Source of the DNA: a virus
Lineage: Duplodnaviria > Heunggongvirae > Uroviricota > Caudoviricetes
Virus record (IMG/VR): IMGVR_UViG_3300035703_000003
Strand: one strand, 5' to 3'
DNA length: 64,000 nucleotides
The number at the start of each line of letters is the position of its first letter. Position 1 is the stretch's first letter. A program made the translations under genes and the position numbers. Shown one piece after another: positions 49,685-58,559 of this stretch. The notes below the pieces were generated by a model that searched no databases, had not been told where the DNA came from, and worked only from the letters and a program-made list of their open reading frames with translations.

Positions 49685-49992
49685 CCACTCAAACAGCATA
49701 ATTTAAATTTTACTAGGTCATCGATTGATTCGAAGCTCATATATGCTTTGGTGTCCGACATGTCTATGTAAAAGTCATCGTCGCTAATATTACTAGACAT
49801 AATGCTACCGCCACCTAATTTTCGATTTGAACCAACCTCAAACCAATACCCCCACAAGTCAACACAGTTAGTATCACACCATTTGACAAAACGTTCATCG
49901 ACCCCGTGATTGTCAAGATAAACATGATAGTTGAATTTTTTTTCATATCCACAGAGCGGATTGGTGATTACTACATTAAGCATTGATCCCAT
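49681..49992 (-). CDS. Hypothetical protein
   Basis: Preceded by TATAAGTA (49998-50005). Confidence 0.65.
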   Translation of the reverse strand: MGSMLNVVITNPLCGYEKKFNYHVYLDNHGVDERFVKWCDTNCVDLWGYWFEVGSNRKLGGGSIMSSNISDDDFYIDMSDTKAYMSFESIDDLVKFKLCCLSG

Positions 49993-50006
49993 ACATATAC
50001 TTATAT

Positions 50007-50034
50007 GAATACAGGGCCCGAAGGCCCTGTATTC
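50007..50034 (-). terminator. 12-bp stem with cUUCGg tetraloop after the AAA gene
   Basis: GAATACAGGGCC-TTCG-GGCCCTGTATTC; U-tract is weak. Confidence 0.65.
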
Positions 50035-50052
50035 TTCCCCAGGAGTGGCGTG

Positions 50053-51153
50053 TTACGCCATTTCGATCAGCTTACCGTATTTCTGGATGAAAGGCTTCCA
50101 GTTGTTAAGCTGATTGAACTTAACACGGATCTGATACTTGCCAAGAGCGATAGTATTCGCCATGACGACCATTTCCGCTTCGAAGTTGTGCTGAACAAAC
50201 TCGAGGAAGTTGTCGAACATTTCGTGTGCCTTAGGATCGTTGTTAGCAAACACTTCCTTCAGCTCGTAGCACAGTGCAGTAGTCAGCGAATACTTGGCGC
50301 TGATATTCTTGGTGTGCAGTTCCTTTACCTTACCCTTGAGGATGTCAGTTGGATTAGGCAGCTGAGCAGCAACAGCACGGTGTGCCTTAAACTTGAGCGC
50401 AACACCTTCGCCAATGCCTGCAGCAACCATGTCAGTAACTTCTTCTTCAGTGAAGTCGTCGACATCCTTCAGCGTGTCGCTAACGAACGCCCACGAGCGA
50501 GGAGTAGCAAACGAACGCTCGCTCGAGCCTGCATCGAAGTTGTAGAGGTCTTCTTTGAAGGTCGTCAGGTAACCAACAACATCGGGGTGGATATTGTGGC
50601 GGACAGCCCAGTCGAACCAGTCTTCAAAGTCAACACGGACTTCGTAGTGCAGGAAGCGGTTAGCCAGCGGCTTAGGCATACGGTAAGTAACACCCTTGTC
50701 GCTCTCACGGTTACCTGCAGCGGCAATCACAACATTGTCGGGCAGTCGGTAAGTGCCGATCGCACGGTTGAGAATCAGCTGGTAGGCAGCAGCCTGTGTA
50801 GCAGGAGCGGCGCCGTTAAGTTCGTCGAGGAACAGGATGATAATATCATACTGCGATGCCATTTCTTCGTCGGGCAGTTCGTCCGGCGCAGAGAAGCGCA
50901 TCTTGTTAGCTTCTTTGTCGTAGTAAGGATAACCTTTAAGGTCAGTGGGTTCCCACAGTGACAGTCGGCAGTCGATCAACTTGACACGAAGGCCCATCGC
51001 TTCATACTGCTCTTTAATGGTCTTGAAGGTATCCGACTTACCAATACCGGGCGGACCCCACACCATCAGCGGACGCTTGGTCCGGAAGTGATGCTTGGCA
51101 TACTTAGTGAGTTCGGACAGTTTAACAGTGCGGGTGTTTAGTTCCATAGCCAT
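50053..51153 (-). CDS. MoxR-like AAA+ ATPase
   Basis: GPPGIGKS, LFLDE, AAGNR, LANRF, TPRSW. Confidence 0.92.
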   Translation of the reverse strand: MAMELNTRTVKLSELTKYAKHHFRTKRPLMVWGPPGIGKSDTFKTIKEQYEAMGLRVKLIDCRLSLWEPTDLKGYPYYDKEANKMRFSAPDELPDEEMASQYDIIILFLDELNGAAPATQAAAYQLILNRAIGTYRLPDNVVIAAAGNRESDKGVTYRMPKPLANRFLHYEVRVDFEDWFDWAVRHNIHPDVVGYLTTFKEDLYNFDAGSSERSFATPRSWAFVSDTLKDVDDFTEEEVTDMVAAGIGEGVALKFKAHRAVAAQLPNPTDILKGKVKELHTKNISAKYSLTTALCYELKEVFANNDPKAHEMFDNFLEFVQHNFEAEMVVMANTIALGKYQIRVKFNQLNNWKPFIQKYGKLIEMA

Positions 51154-51183
51154 TGTGTATCTCCTGGGTTGGCTGTTTTTAAC

Positions 51184-51222
51184 TTACAAAGTAACTTTAA
51201 CAAAAGGTGCTGTTAGTGTCAA
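51184..51222 (-). promoter_or_regulatory. Early sigma70-type promoter
   Basis: TTGACA-N17-TAAAGT-N5-TGTAA. Confidence 0.65.
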
Positions 51223-51239
51223 CACCTTTTTTATCTTTT

Positions 51240-51581
51240 TTAGTCAAGTCGGCTGCCGGCGTGCGCCTTGAAACCATACTTGCGAAGGACATCGGCGGCA
51301 GCACGAGCGCCAGCTTCTTTAACGTCAACGTTCTGACCGCCCCACTTGGAAGGGTTCCAGTATTCGAAAGTTTTACCATAAGCAGGGTCGAGTCGGAAGC
51401 CCATTGCTTTGAGTATCTCACGTTCGGCACGACCAGCTTTGGTATTACCTTTGTGAGCGGGATAAACTGTAACCCAAGCATAGCCGCAAGCATAACGGTC
51501 TCCGCCAATTTTACGCAGCATCTCGTCTGCAGCGGTTTTTGCTTCGGTGAGCATTTCGTTGACAATTACAGAAGTGTTCAT
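51240..51581 (-). CDS. Hypothetical phage protein
   Basis: GGAG RBS; CGYAWV motif. Confidence 0.8.
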   Translation of the reverse strand: MNTSVIVNEMLTEAKTAADEMLRKIGGDRYACGYAWVTVYPAHKGNTKAGRAEREILKAMGFRLDPAYGKTFEYWNPSKWGGQNVDVKEAGARAAADVLRKYGFKAHAGSRLD

Positions 51582-51602
51582 TTCGATCTCCGTTGCTTCA
51601 AC

Positions 51603-51641
51603 TTACATATACACGATACATTCAAGATGCATTGGTGTCAA
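51603..51641 (-). promoter_or_regulatory. Early sigma70-type promoter
   Basis: TTGACA-N17-TATCGT-GTATA-TGTAA. Confidence 0.65.
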
Positions 51642-51858
51642 CATCTTTTTTGTCGACAAGTGAAATAAATTTTTCTGTTAGCAATTCTTCATGAAACTTT
51701 TCCATCACTACTTCGTCGATGTCTGTAAATTTAGAATAACGATAATGATGAGTCAGATGACCTATTGCATAATGGACACCCTTAACATCAATCATCAAAC
51801 GAATAAACGCTTCACGCTCATCAGGTGTTGACTGTGTTGTTGTTAGTTTAAACATCAT
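51622..51858 (-). CDS. Hypothetical protein
   Basis: ATGA overlap with the upstream stop. Confidence 0.65.
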   Translation of the reverse strand: MMFKLTTTQSTPDEREAFIRLMIDVKGVHYAIGHLTHHYRYSKFTDIDEVVMEKFHEELLTEKFISLVDKKDVDTNAS

Positions 51859-52124
51859 TTGCCTTTTGTTTTGAACGTAAGAGTAGAACCGTCTTTGAAC
51901 ACAATGCAAGCATCTTTGAAAGTCAGACGCTCAAGCCCATGTCCTTCATCGACTTCGAATCTCCATTCTTTGCGGACAGTAATGTCAGCATCGGCGACAG
52001 GAAACACACCGCCAGTGGGAACAAAAGTAAATTGTGCAAGCTCTGCAATACCAACGGAGTTGAGAGCGTTGAGCGGGCGAGTAGTAACAACTCGAAATTC
52101 GTCTGCGATCTTAGCAATAGTCAT
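51855..52124 (-). CDS. Hypothetical protein
   Basis: Start ATG 52124 after GGAG. Confidence 0.65.
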   Translation of the reverse strand: MTIAKIADEFRVVTTRPLNALNSVGIAELAQFTFVPTGGVFPVADADITVRKEWRFEVDEGHGLERLTFKDACIVFKDGSTLTFKTKGK

Positions 52125-52125
52125 C

Positions 52126-52425
52126 TTACATGCTCCAGTATGCTTCGCTGCCAACCGACATGTAGTTGGGCGTGTTAACGGGTTCCATAGTTTCGACACC
52201 GCTCATCATATTAACAACTTTGCGATGCTTTTCGACATGTTTACGGAAGTAAGTTTCTTCAGCAACACCCAACAAATACAAGGGATGATCTTCGTCGGTC
52301 AATAGTTTGCCGCTTGCTTTGCCCAACCGGGTAAGGGCTGCAAGTGCAGCGGCATGAGTCTTGTAAACTTTGCTAACAATAACAGTGGTCGCTTTGTTGT
52401 AGATTACATGGCCCATCTGCAGCAT
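52126..52425 (-). CDS. Hypothetical protein
   Basis: Follows an early promoter; C-terminus TPNYMSVGSEAYWSM. Confidence 0.7.
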   Translation of the reverse strand: MLQMGHVIYNKATTVIVSKVYKTHAAALAALTRLGKASGKLLTDEDHPLYLLGVAEETYFRKHVEKHRKVVNMMSGVETMEPVNTPNYMSVGSEAYWSM

Positions 52426-52440
52426 CCTTTTTTCTATCGC

Positions 52441-52479
52441 CTACATATACACAATACAATCAAGACATCTTGAAGTCAA
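52441..52479 (-). promoter_or_regulatory. Early sigma70-type promoter
   Basis: TTGACT-N17-TATTGT-GTATA-TGTAG. Confidence 0.65.
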
Positions 52480-52515
52480 GAAAAAAATGCATGAAAGTTC
52501 AAAATAAATACATAC

Positions 52516-53154
52516 ATGAGATTTGTTGCTTTTGGATGTAGTCATACTTGGGGAGATGGTATTTTACCGGGAGATTCTTGGTATACTCCGCCGAGCACTG
52601 CATCTTGGGTGCAAGTGTTATCAAATAAGTTTAACATACCTGTTTTAAATTTAGCAAAGAGTGGCGGTAGTAATTTACTCATATTACGTGAAATCCGCAA
52701 TCACAATTGGCAAGCAGGCGATATTGCACTAATACAGTGGACATATTTTGAAAGAGATACCATATTTGATAGTGAAACTATGTTTAGACACGTATCATCA
52801 TACCATATCAATAACAAAGATAGGGCGTATACAAAACAATATTATACACTGTTCCCTGACTATCATATAGAATACATGAATCTACAGCATGTAGAACATG
52901 CATATCTTTACCTAGTAGCACACAACATTCCAAAGGTTGCTAGATTTACATATAAGTTTACTGCTGTTCCGTTAACAGGGTTTGAAAAAAGTATGTTAGC
53001 TGATTTTCAAAAACCATCATTAGATTACATTGCTGAAACATTAGAGAAAAAGTCTGAGACAACACAATTGGGTGCCGATAATATGCATTACAACGAATTA
53101 ATACATCAAATGTTTGCAGAAGAATACGTGTCTGAGATAACTAACTTACTATAA
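52516..53154 (+). CDS. SGNH/GDSL-hydrolase-like protein
   Basis: FGCSHTWG, NLAKSGGSN, QWT, DNMH; AATAAATA at 52503-52510. Confidence 0.65.
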   Translation: MRFVAFGCSHTWGDGILPGDSWYTPPSTASWVQVLSNKFNIPVLNLAKSGGSNLLILREIRNHNWQAGDIALIQWTYFERDTIFDSETMFRHVSSYHINNKDRAYTKQYYTLFPDYHIEYMNLQHVEHAYLYLVAHNIPKVARFTYKFTAVPLTGFEKSMLADFQKPSLDYIAETLEKKSETTQLGADNMHYNELIHQMFAEEYVSEITNLL

Positions 53155-53499
53155 GTTAGCTTCCATATGTTCTACCCATGCAGCAAGATCCTTGCCGTAT
53201 AGTTTAAACATGATACGATCTTCGGTGCCAAACATTACAAGTTTGTTTCTGTCTAAGTAATATGGATATTTGTTGTAACGGTCTAGGAGTATTCGTAGTT
53301 TTGCAGTAAAGGTAAGATCACTTGTTACTTTAAATGCTTCGTGATCGAAACCCATTTCTATTAAAGCAGTAAGGCCCAACTTTGTTAAGTTGAGCCCTTT
53401 ACCGTTACGGTAATTTTTAAACAAATGTCTTAGTGTAGCCCACTCGTTTTCTTTTTTAGCGTGATCTAAGATTTCTTTATAAAAACTCGTTGTCGTCAT
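53149..53499 (-). CDS. Hypothetical protein
   Basis: ORF overlapping the upstream gene. Confidence 0.7.
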   Translation of the reverse strand: MTTTSFYKEILDHAKKENEWATLRHLFKNYRNGKGLNLTKLGLTALIEMGFDHEAFKVTSDLTFTAKLRILLDRYNKYPYYLDRNKLVMFGTEDRIMFKLYGKDLAAWVEHMEANL

Positions 53500-53785
53500 C
53501 TTCTGTGATAACTTCGCCTGATGTTAATTTTACAACTACAAATTTGTCTGTTTTGAATAGCTTGTTTAGTCTGGTTGCTAAGTTAAATGCGTGACCACTA
53601 TTACTGAAAGATACCTTTTTATACTTAGGCCCTGGATAGTTTACAAGGCTGTTGAGGCTTCTTAGGTTAACAGGCTTACCTTCGTGAAATACTGCATAGA
53701 TGGCTGTTGCTGCTAGTATCTGCTCACTACGGTAACTCTTTGGATCTGTATACTCAAGTAATATTTTTGGTTTAGGTCTTGCCAT
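53477..53785 (-). CDS. Hypothetical basic phage protein
   Basis: MARPKP...YPGPKYKKVSFSNSGHA. Confidence 0.8.
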   Translation of the reverse strand: MARPKPKILLEYTDPKSYRSEQILAATAIYAVFHEGKPVNLRSLNSLVNYPGPKYKKVSFSNSGHAFNLATRLNKLFKTDKFVVVKLTSGEVITEDDDNEFL

Positions 53786-53789
53786 TTTG

Positions 53790-53832
53790 ATTCTCTACTG
53801 CTTTAATAGTATTTATTAAAACAGTAGAGAAT
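53790..53832 (-). promoter_or_regulatory. 19-bp hairpin covering the ribosome-binding region, with AATAAATA at the loop
   Basis: Arms 53790-53808 and 53814-53832; the single mismatch is a G-U pair on the minus-strand RNA. Confidence 0.7.
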
Positions 53833-53833
53833 T

Positions 53834-54169
53834 TTATTCTGAGTATGGTTGGAAGTTAACTCCACTAGCCATAATACATGTTCTTTCTATATCAAACACA
53901 TATACCATTGTCCATGTTCCTGTGTTTTGATTTACAAAATACTGCATTTCACCATCTAGTTCGCCATATGATTGCGTATCTTCGTATACTGCAGTTCCGA
54001 TCCCACGAAAAAGTATTTTTTCTTTAAATTCGCCTTCTACCCAAGCTGAAATATTTTGATATGTGTCGCATACATGCGATGTATACAACATTGAATAATT
54101 ATGTTTTGTTGCATCTTGTGCAGATACAGGAGATCCAAAAAGTCCTAAAACTAATAATAGTTTTTTCAA
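53834..54169 (-). CDS. Hypothetical secreted protein
   Basis: Signal peptide MKKLLLVLGLFGSPVSA; two Cys. Confidence 0.7.
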   Translation of the reverse strand: MKKLLLVLGLFGSPVSAQDATKHNYSMLYTSHVCDTYQNISAWVEGEFKEKILFRGIGTAVYEDTQSYGELDGEMQYFVNQNTGTWTMVYVFDIERTCIMASGVNFQPYSE

Positions 54170-54610
54170 TCAACTATTCCTTTTGATTGACAAATACATG
54201 TCGTCTTCATTCTTAAATGGGCCGATGTATTTGTAATTTTTTAGTGTTTCTAATTTAGGACAAAAACTTGGTCTCCATCCCATTGGAAATAATATTCCCC
54301 AATATCCAGCCGCAAAATATACGGTAGAATTGGCTGTTTTTTTAAAGATAGGCACATTATCTTGTAGGTCAATATCGTATACTATGTCTGTATTAGTAGG
54401 ATAACTGTAAACAGTTGCATTTGATACTGTTACTGTATTGTTCGATGCTAAGTTGAAATCGTCGATAGAAACTACGATGCTTTCTTTTGTTCGGTTATCA
54501 TAAAACACATACTGCTCATCAACATAGCGTAACGTGCCAACCTTAGCGCCACGTTCTTCTACAATCCAAAAATTGTTTTCGATAACTGATTTTGCAGTAT
54601 ACTTACTCAT
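54170..54610 (-). CDS. Hypothetical phage protein
   Basis: FWIVE; YFAAGYW; FCPK. Confidence 0.75.
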   Translation of the reverse strand: MSKYTAKSVIENNFWIVEERGAKVGTLRYVDEQYVFYDNRTKESIVVSIDDFNLASNNTVTVSNATVYSYPTNTDIVYDIDLQDNVPIFKKTANSTVYFAAGYWGILFPMGWRPSFCPKLETLKNYKYIGPFKNEDDMYLSIKRNS

Positions 54611-54852
54611 ATAGAACCAAATACTAACTTATATGCAATAGCAGTCGATTCATCTACATCTGCTACCATATTTACTGTTCCGCCTAGCTCTTCATTGACT
54701 ATATACACTCCGGCAAATCGAACAGTTATGTTGTTTTCACTACACCATTTTCCTGGCGCAGTTTCTTTCCAATCATGCATTACTTGTTTGATTGTGTCGT
54801 TGATATTTCTGTCAAATCCGATAGGAATTTTTGCTACATTAATAGTGTGCAT
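54607..54852 (-). CDS. Hypothetical protein
   Basis: ORF overlapping both neighbours. Confidence 0.65.
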   Translation of the reverse strand: MHTINVAKIPIGFDRNINDTIKQVMHDWKETAPGKWCSENNITVRFAGVYIVNEELGGTVNMVADVDESTAIAYKLVFGSI

Positions 54853-55819
54853 TTAGATACTCTGCATGAGCGTCGGCCTGTTCGCTTACACGCTGCAGAT
54901 CCCACTTGCCACAGAACTTCAAAAAGTAAATGCCAACCTGTCCTTTAGGAACAACATTGGTTTGCACTTTGATAGTTTCATCTAGTACTGTTTTAATTTC
55001 ATCTGGTTGTGCAGTAAGATCAATCAGCGTAATGTTACGATGGTAATCATCTAGAACACGATGTTCTGCGCCTTCGTGATCTGTCCAGCGTTGCAGCATA
55101 AAGTTATTCCAGTTAAAGCCTTTTGAATTTTTATCTTCAAACGCTTCTTTCATACCAACTTTATTCTTTGTGCCTTTAACACGAGCACCGGGATATGCGC
55201 TAAACACGTTATCGCTTGTGTCGCCACGGATGCACTTCTCGAACAGTAGCCAAGCGGGATCGCCTACTACCTTATGTTCTTTAGTTTTGTTATCAATAAC
55301 TGGCTTACCTTTGTCGTTGTATACACCATCAATACGAATATGCTGGTTAGTGATGCCATTATATTGGCTAACGTTAGGAGAAAGTAGTTGATAGAAATCG
55401 CTGTCGCTACTAACAATAACATGCTTATCGTTAGGATGATTTTGAATAAACCGTGCAATAAAATCATCTGCTTCACAATTAGGGTGCTGCAATACTGTGC
55501 AATTTGTGCGATCATTGAGGAACGTTTTTAGTTCGTCAAACGCTTCCCAGAACCGCTTATCTTCTTCTTGCTCTTTAGGAGTAAGAGCAGCTCGGGCGTC
55601 ACTGCGATTGCGTTTATAAGGCTCGTAATAGTCCTTGCGCCAGCTACGACCTTCGAGACAAAACACAACATGCTTACCTCCGAAATCCCGCCATGCTTTG
55701 TTAATGCTGGCAAACATAATATGATATGCCATACCAATTTTAGTATCCATATCGTCGCCACGCACTACATGCCTTGCACGGAAAAACATGTTAGCAGTGT
55801 CTACTAGAATATAAGTCAT
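54839..55819 (-). CDS. rnh: T4 RNase H-like 5'-3' exonuclease / flap endonuclease
   Basis: VDTAN, EGRSWRK, YKRNR, EADD, SSDSDF, GDTSDN. Confidence 0.9.
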   Translation of the reverse strand: MTYILVDTANMFFRARHVVRGDDMDTKIGMAYHIMFASINKAWRDFGGKHVVFCLEGRSWRKDYYEPYKRNRSDARAALTPKEQEEDKRFWEAFDELKTFLNDRTNCTVLQHPNCEADDFIARFIQNHPNDKHVIVSSDSDFYQLLSPNVSQYNGITNQHIRIDGVYNDKGKPVIDNKTKEHKVVGDPAWLLFEKCIRGDTSDNVFSAYPGARVKGTKNKVGMKEAFEDKNSKGFNWNNFMLQRWTDHEGAEHRVLDDYHRNITLIDLTAQPDEIKTVLDETIKVQTNVVPKGQVGIYFLKFCGKWDLQRVSEQADAHAEYLNAHY

Positions 55820-55842
55820 AGTGTTTCCTTAGATGTTACATA

Positions 55843-56181
55843 TTAACTTTTAAATGAATTTTGCAGTTTGTCAATGATTTGTTTTTCACGCCACTCTTCT
55901 TTTTGCTCATACGTCATATGTGCAATTAAGTGACCGTGATATTGATATGTCCTGGCATCTGCGAAAGTTTCAACACTAATCGCAATGCCTCTTTCAATGA
56001 ACCAATTGGTTCTGTTATCTTTTGTAAAATCCAGTAAACATTCACGAGCAAACCCGTGTGGTACACCGCTCAACCGATCAACTGCAATGTCACTTTTGGT
56101 ATGATACACAGAACTGTATCTTTGATAATCATCTATGTTACGGGTTACTGAACCAACACGATATTTGTATTCCAGAGGCAT
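55843..56181 (-). CDS. Hypothetical protein
   Basis: Start moved to ATG 56181. Confidence 0.6.
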   Translation of the reverse strand: MPLEYKYRVGSVTRNIDDYQRYSSVYHTKSDIAVDRLSGVPHGFARECLLDFTKDNRTNWFIERGIAISVETFADARTYQYHGHLIAHMTYEQKEEWREKQIIDKLQNSFKS

Positions 56182-56188
56182 ATATCGG

Positions 56189-56923
56189 TTAATCCCAGAG
56201 GTTTTGATAGTATTTTCCGAATAGTCTAAATCCGTTTTGAATTCTTTTGCCATATTCTTTACGTGCATCCCAGTCTGTTTCAGCAGTATGTTTAGGACCA
56301 TGCACCATAAGATAGTTACCATCTTCTTGCTTTACGCTTCGGTAATCGTATTCACCGGTGGTAAACTGATCTTCCCAATCCGCATTGGCACCGCCGTCGA
56401 GGCTTTCGAACGCAAAGATCATTTCGTCCATGACCCAATCCCAACGCTTGAAATGATTGTCATCTGTATGACCTGTATCTTTTTCATCTTGCGAAAGTTC
56501 AGGGGCCGCAGTGCTACGCAGATGCTCAGGCACGTCTTCGTCGTCGACCCAGGGTGCACCGTGCTTATTTTCATTCAGTTGTTTAAGCATAGGACGAGCA
56601 ATGTAGCCTAAAGTTTCGCTCATACCCCAAGTATCCCATTTATCAATGTGGACGTATACCTTACGCTTTTTCTTTTTATCAATCCACTGTAGCAGTTTAT
56701 AGATCCAAGTTTCGGGACGGTCTTCGCCCCAAGTGCTTTCCTCACCTACAGTAGGTTCGGGCAGCACACTGCCATGAGCAAGCCATTCGCCGAAGTTGTG
56801 AACACGCTTTGCAGTATGCTTAAATCCGTATTCGTCCTCTTCCTTAGGAACCCAGAACATAATCGTTTCAGCAAGCTGATACGGTCCGAACCAATTCTTA
56901 TATTTGCCTATTTTCACCTTCAT
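56189..56923 (-). CDS. Hypothetical phage protein
   Basis: 244-aa ORF; DEMIFAFE...GFRLFGKYY. Confidence 0.8.
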   Translation of the reverse strand: MKVKIGKYKNWFGPYQLAETIMFWVPKEEDEYGFKHTAKRVHNFGEWLAHGSVLPEPTVGEESTWGEDRPETWIYKLLQWIDKKKKRKVYVHIDKWDTWGMSETLGYIARPMLKQLNENKHGAPWVDDEDVPEHLRSTAAPELSQDEKDTGHTDDNHFKRWDWVMDEMIFAFESLDGGANADWEDQFTTGEYDYRSVKQEDGNYLMVHGPKHTAETDWDARKEYGKRIQNGFRLFGKYYQNLWD

Positions 56924-57090
56924 TCGTCGTCATCCCAATCTGTTAATGTTTCCATTAGTTTATATAAGCCCATGTCACTGATGTGTTGTCTAAACGCTAT
57001 TTCTGGAGTATCGCCATAGTAAAGCGATGGAATGTTATGCGGGGCTTGATGTTTGATCCACCACTCTTTATAGTTTTTATAAGCCTTCAT
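56920..57090 (-). CDS. 56-aa hypothetical protein, not in the ORF track
   Basis: MKAYKNY...TDWDDDE; ATGA overlaps at both ends. Confidence 0.6.
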   Translation of the reverse strand: MKAYKNYKEWWIKHQAPHNIPSLYYGDTPEIAFRQHISDMGLYKLMETLTDWDDDE

Positions 57091-57323
57091 TGTTCAAAGC
57101 AACCTTTTCCTGCTTGGTGTTCAAATGTTAATAAGCCGGCACGTGGAGATTTCTTTTTAGTGCAAACGCCCCAATCAGAGCCTAGTAAACCTTCTAACGG
57201 TATAAACCATTTACATCCACAACTGCAATCTGGATAGTCGTCTCCGTCTGCCCATCTTTCGATTTTACCGCCATAATCGGTATAATCGGTGGGCAATACT
57301 TTAACAATATCCCAATCAGTCAT
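57087..57323 (-). CDS. Cys-containing hypothetical protein
   Basis: DCSCGCKWF...WGVC...EH...C. Confidence 0.7.
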   Translation of the reverse strand: MTDWDIVKVLPTDYTDYGGKIERWADGDDYPDCSCGCKWFIPLEGLLGSDWGVCTKKKSPRAGLLTFEHQAGKGCFEQ

Positions 57324-57492
57324 TGGTTTTATATTCTACAATTCTAGCAAATTTGCCCCAAATACTTGCGGCTTCCTTTGCAGCTTCGTATGTATTATGC
57401 AGCACAGGTTCCACTTCATACATTTTACCTGTGGGTTTTGTTACATAAACATACTCTTCATTATCAAACGGAACCATTACTGCATATTTCAT
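57316..57492 (-). CDS. 58-aa hypothetical protein, not in the ORF track
   Basis: MKYAVMV...VEYKTND; overlaps both neighbours. Confidence 0.6.
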   Translation of the reverse strand: MKYAVMVPFDNEEYVYVTKPTGKMYEVEPVLHNTYEAAKEAASIWGKFARIVEYKTND

Positions 57493-57725
57493 TTTTCTAC
57501 CCAGTCGTGAAACTCTTGTGAAAATTGTTGACTAATTAGCAAATCTTCGAAATAAAAGGTATGTTGATAGATAGCAGTATACGCTTCAAAACTCCACTGA
57601 TGACGTTCGATATTCTTACGACACCAGTCCTTACCTGCTACATCGAGATCGCTGTGAAGGCGAACACTATGTCCGCCTTCACGCATCCATCGCATTTTGT
57701 ATTCAGCGATTTCTAGCGGGGTCAC
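57489..57725 (-). CDS. Hypothetical protein
   Basis: ORF overlapping both neighbours. Confidence 0.65.
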   Translation of the reverse strand: MTPLEIAEYKMRWMREGGHSVRLHSDLDVAGKDWCRKNIERHQWSFEAYTAIYQHTFYFEDLLISQQFSQEFHDWVEK

Positions 57726-58234
57726 AGCATCACTTCCCCGGGTTCCGGAGTAGCGTGACGATTGTCACCTTTACCGTGTGCGATGCCGTCGGCACCGAAA
57801 CTAGCTGCCCAGCTTTCTGGCTTGAGCTTAGGTTCGATACCAGTAACACCGAGAACATAACCAGCTGCTTGGTTCGCAGCACAACTTGAACCGTGCTTAG
57901 GATCAGTGTTGATGTCGAGATGGATTTCGACTTCATACTCATCAATAAACGGAATAAGTTGGTTATATAGTTCGCAAACTTTCATGACTTCGTTCATCAT
58001 TCTCATTTGCGGACGGTTCTTTTTTACATCGTAGTCTGGCTCGTAACTTTGATTACTGAAGATACGGCAACCGTTTGATCCATTCATGTGAACGATACAA
58101 ACAGTAGCATATCGACCGTATGCACGATTATTCTTAACAACTCTAACACTGTCGCAACCTAGATAGATCTTAGTGTTATCGTTCAAAGTAGCCAGAAGAT
58201 CTACGAGTTCTTCTACTTGCTTTTGTGTAAACAT
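57722..58234 (-). CDS. YkuK-family RNase H-like protein
   Basis: IYLGCDS, RM..E, EIHLDIN, KP....AS..AD. Confidence 0.75.
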   Translation of the reverse strand: MFTQKQVEELVDLLATLNDNTKIYLGCDSVRVVKNNRAYGRYATVCIVHMNGSNGCRIFSNQSYEPDYDVKKNRPQMRMMNEVMKVCELYNQLIPFIDEYEVEIHLDINTDPKHGSSCAANQAAGYVLGVTGIEPKLKPESWAASFGADGIAHGKGDNRHATPEPGEVML

Positions 58235-58261
58235 TTTCTTCCTCAGATTTTGTAATAGTAT

Positions 58262-58495
58262 TTACATTGACAATAGTTTTTCACGCAGTCGACGATGTTC
58301 CCAATTACGGAAATCATTGTCTAGCAACGACAAAACTAGTTCTCTTTCTTCCGCTGTAAAGATATAGGCGGGTGTTTCGTCTACATCAATACATTTATAG
58401 CCACGATGCTCGAGCTCGTCAATTAGTTCGTTATCATCGAAATCGTTGAGATCTACATCTACATCTACATCGGTGCTAACTGTAACTGTGGGCAT
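58262..58495 (-). CDS. Hypothetical protein
   Basis: VDVDL.DFDD.ELIDELE.RG. Confidence 0.7.
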   Translation of the reverse strand: MPTVTVSTDVDVDVDLNDFDDNELIDELEHRGYKCIDVDETPAYIFTAEERELVLSLLDNDFRNWEHRRLREKLLSM

Positions 58496-58520
58496 TTTAT
58501 TGTTCCTATTACTGAGTTTC

Positions 58521-58559
58521 TACTATAATCAATATAATGTAAGATAGCTTGGATGTCAA
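58521..58559 (-). promoter_or_regulatory. Early sigma70-type promoter
   Basis: TTGACA-N17-TATATT-N5-TAGTA. Confidence 0.55.

Noticed and set aside
50005-50961. 318-aa plus-strand ORF (also 48118..48672, 59416..59877 and 51207..51668)
   Set aside because: Antisense shadows of well-supported genes, explained by codon bias; no motifs
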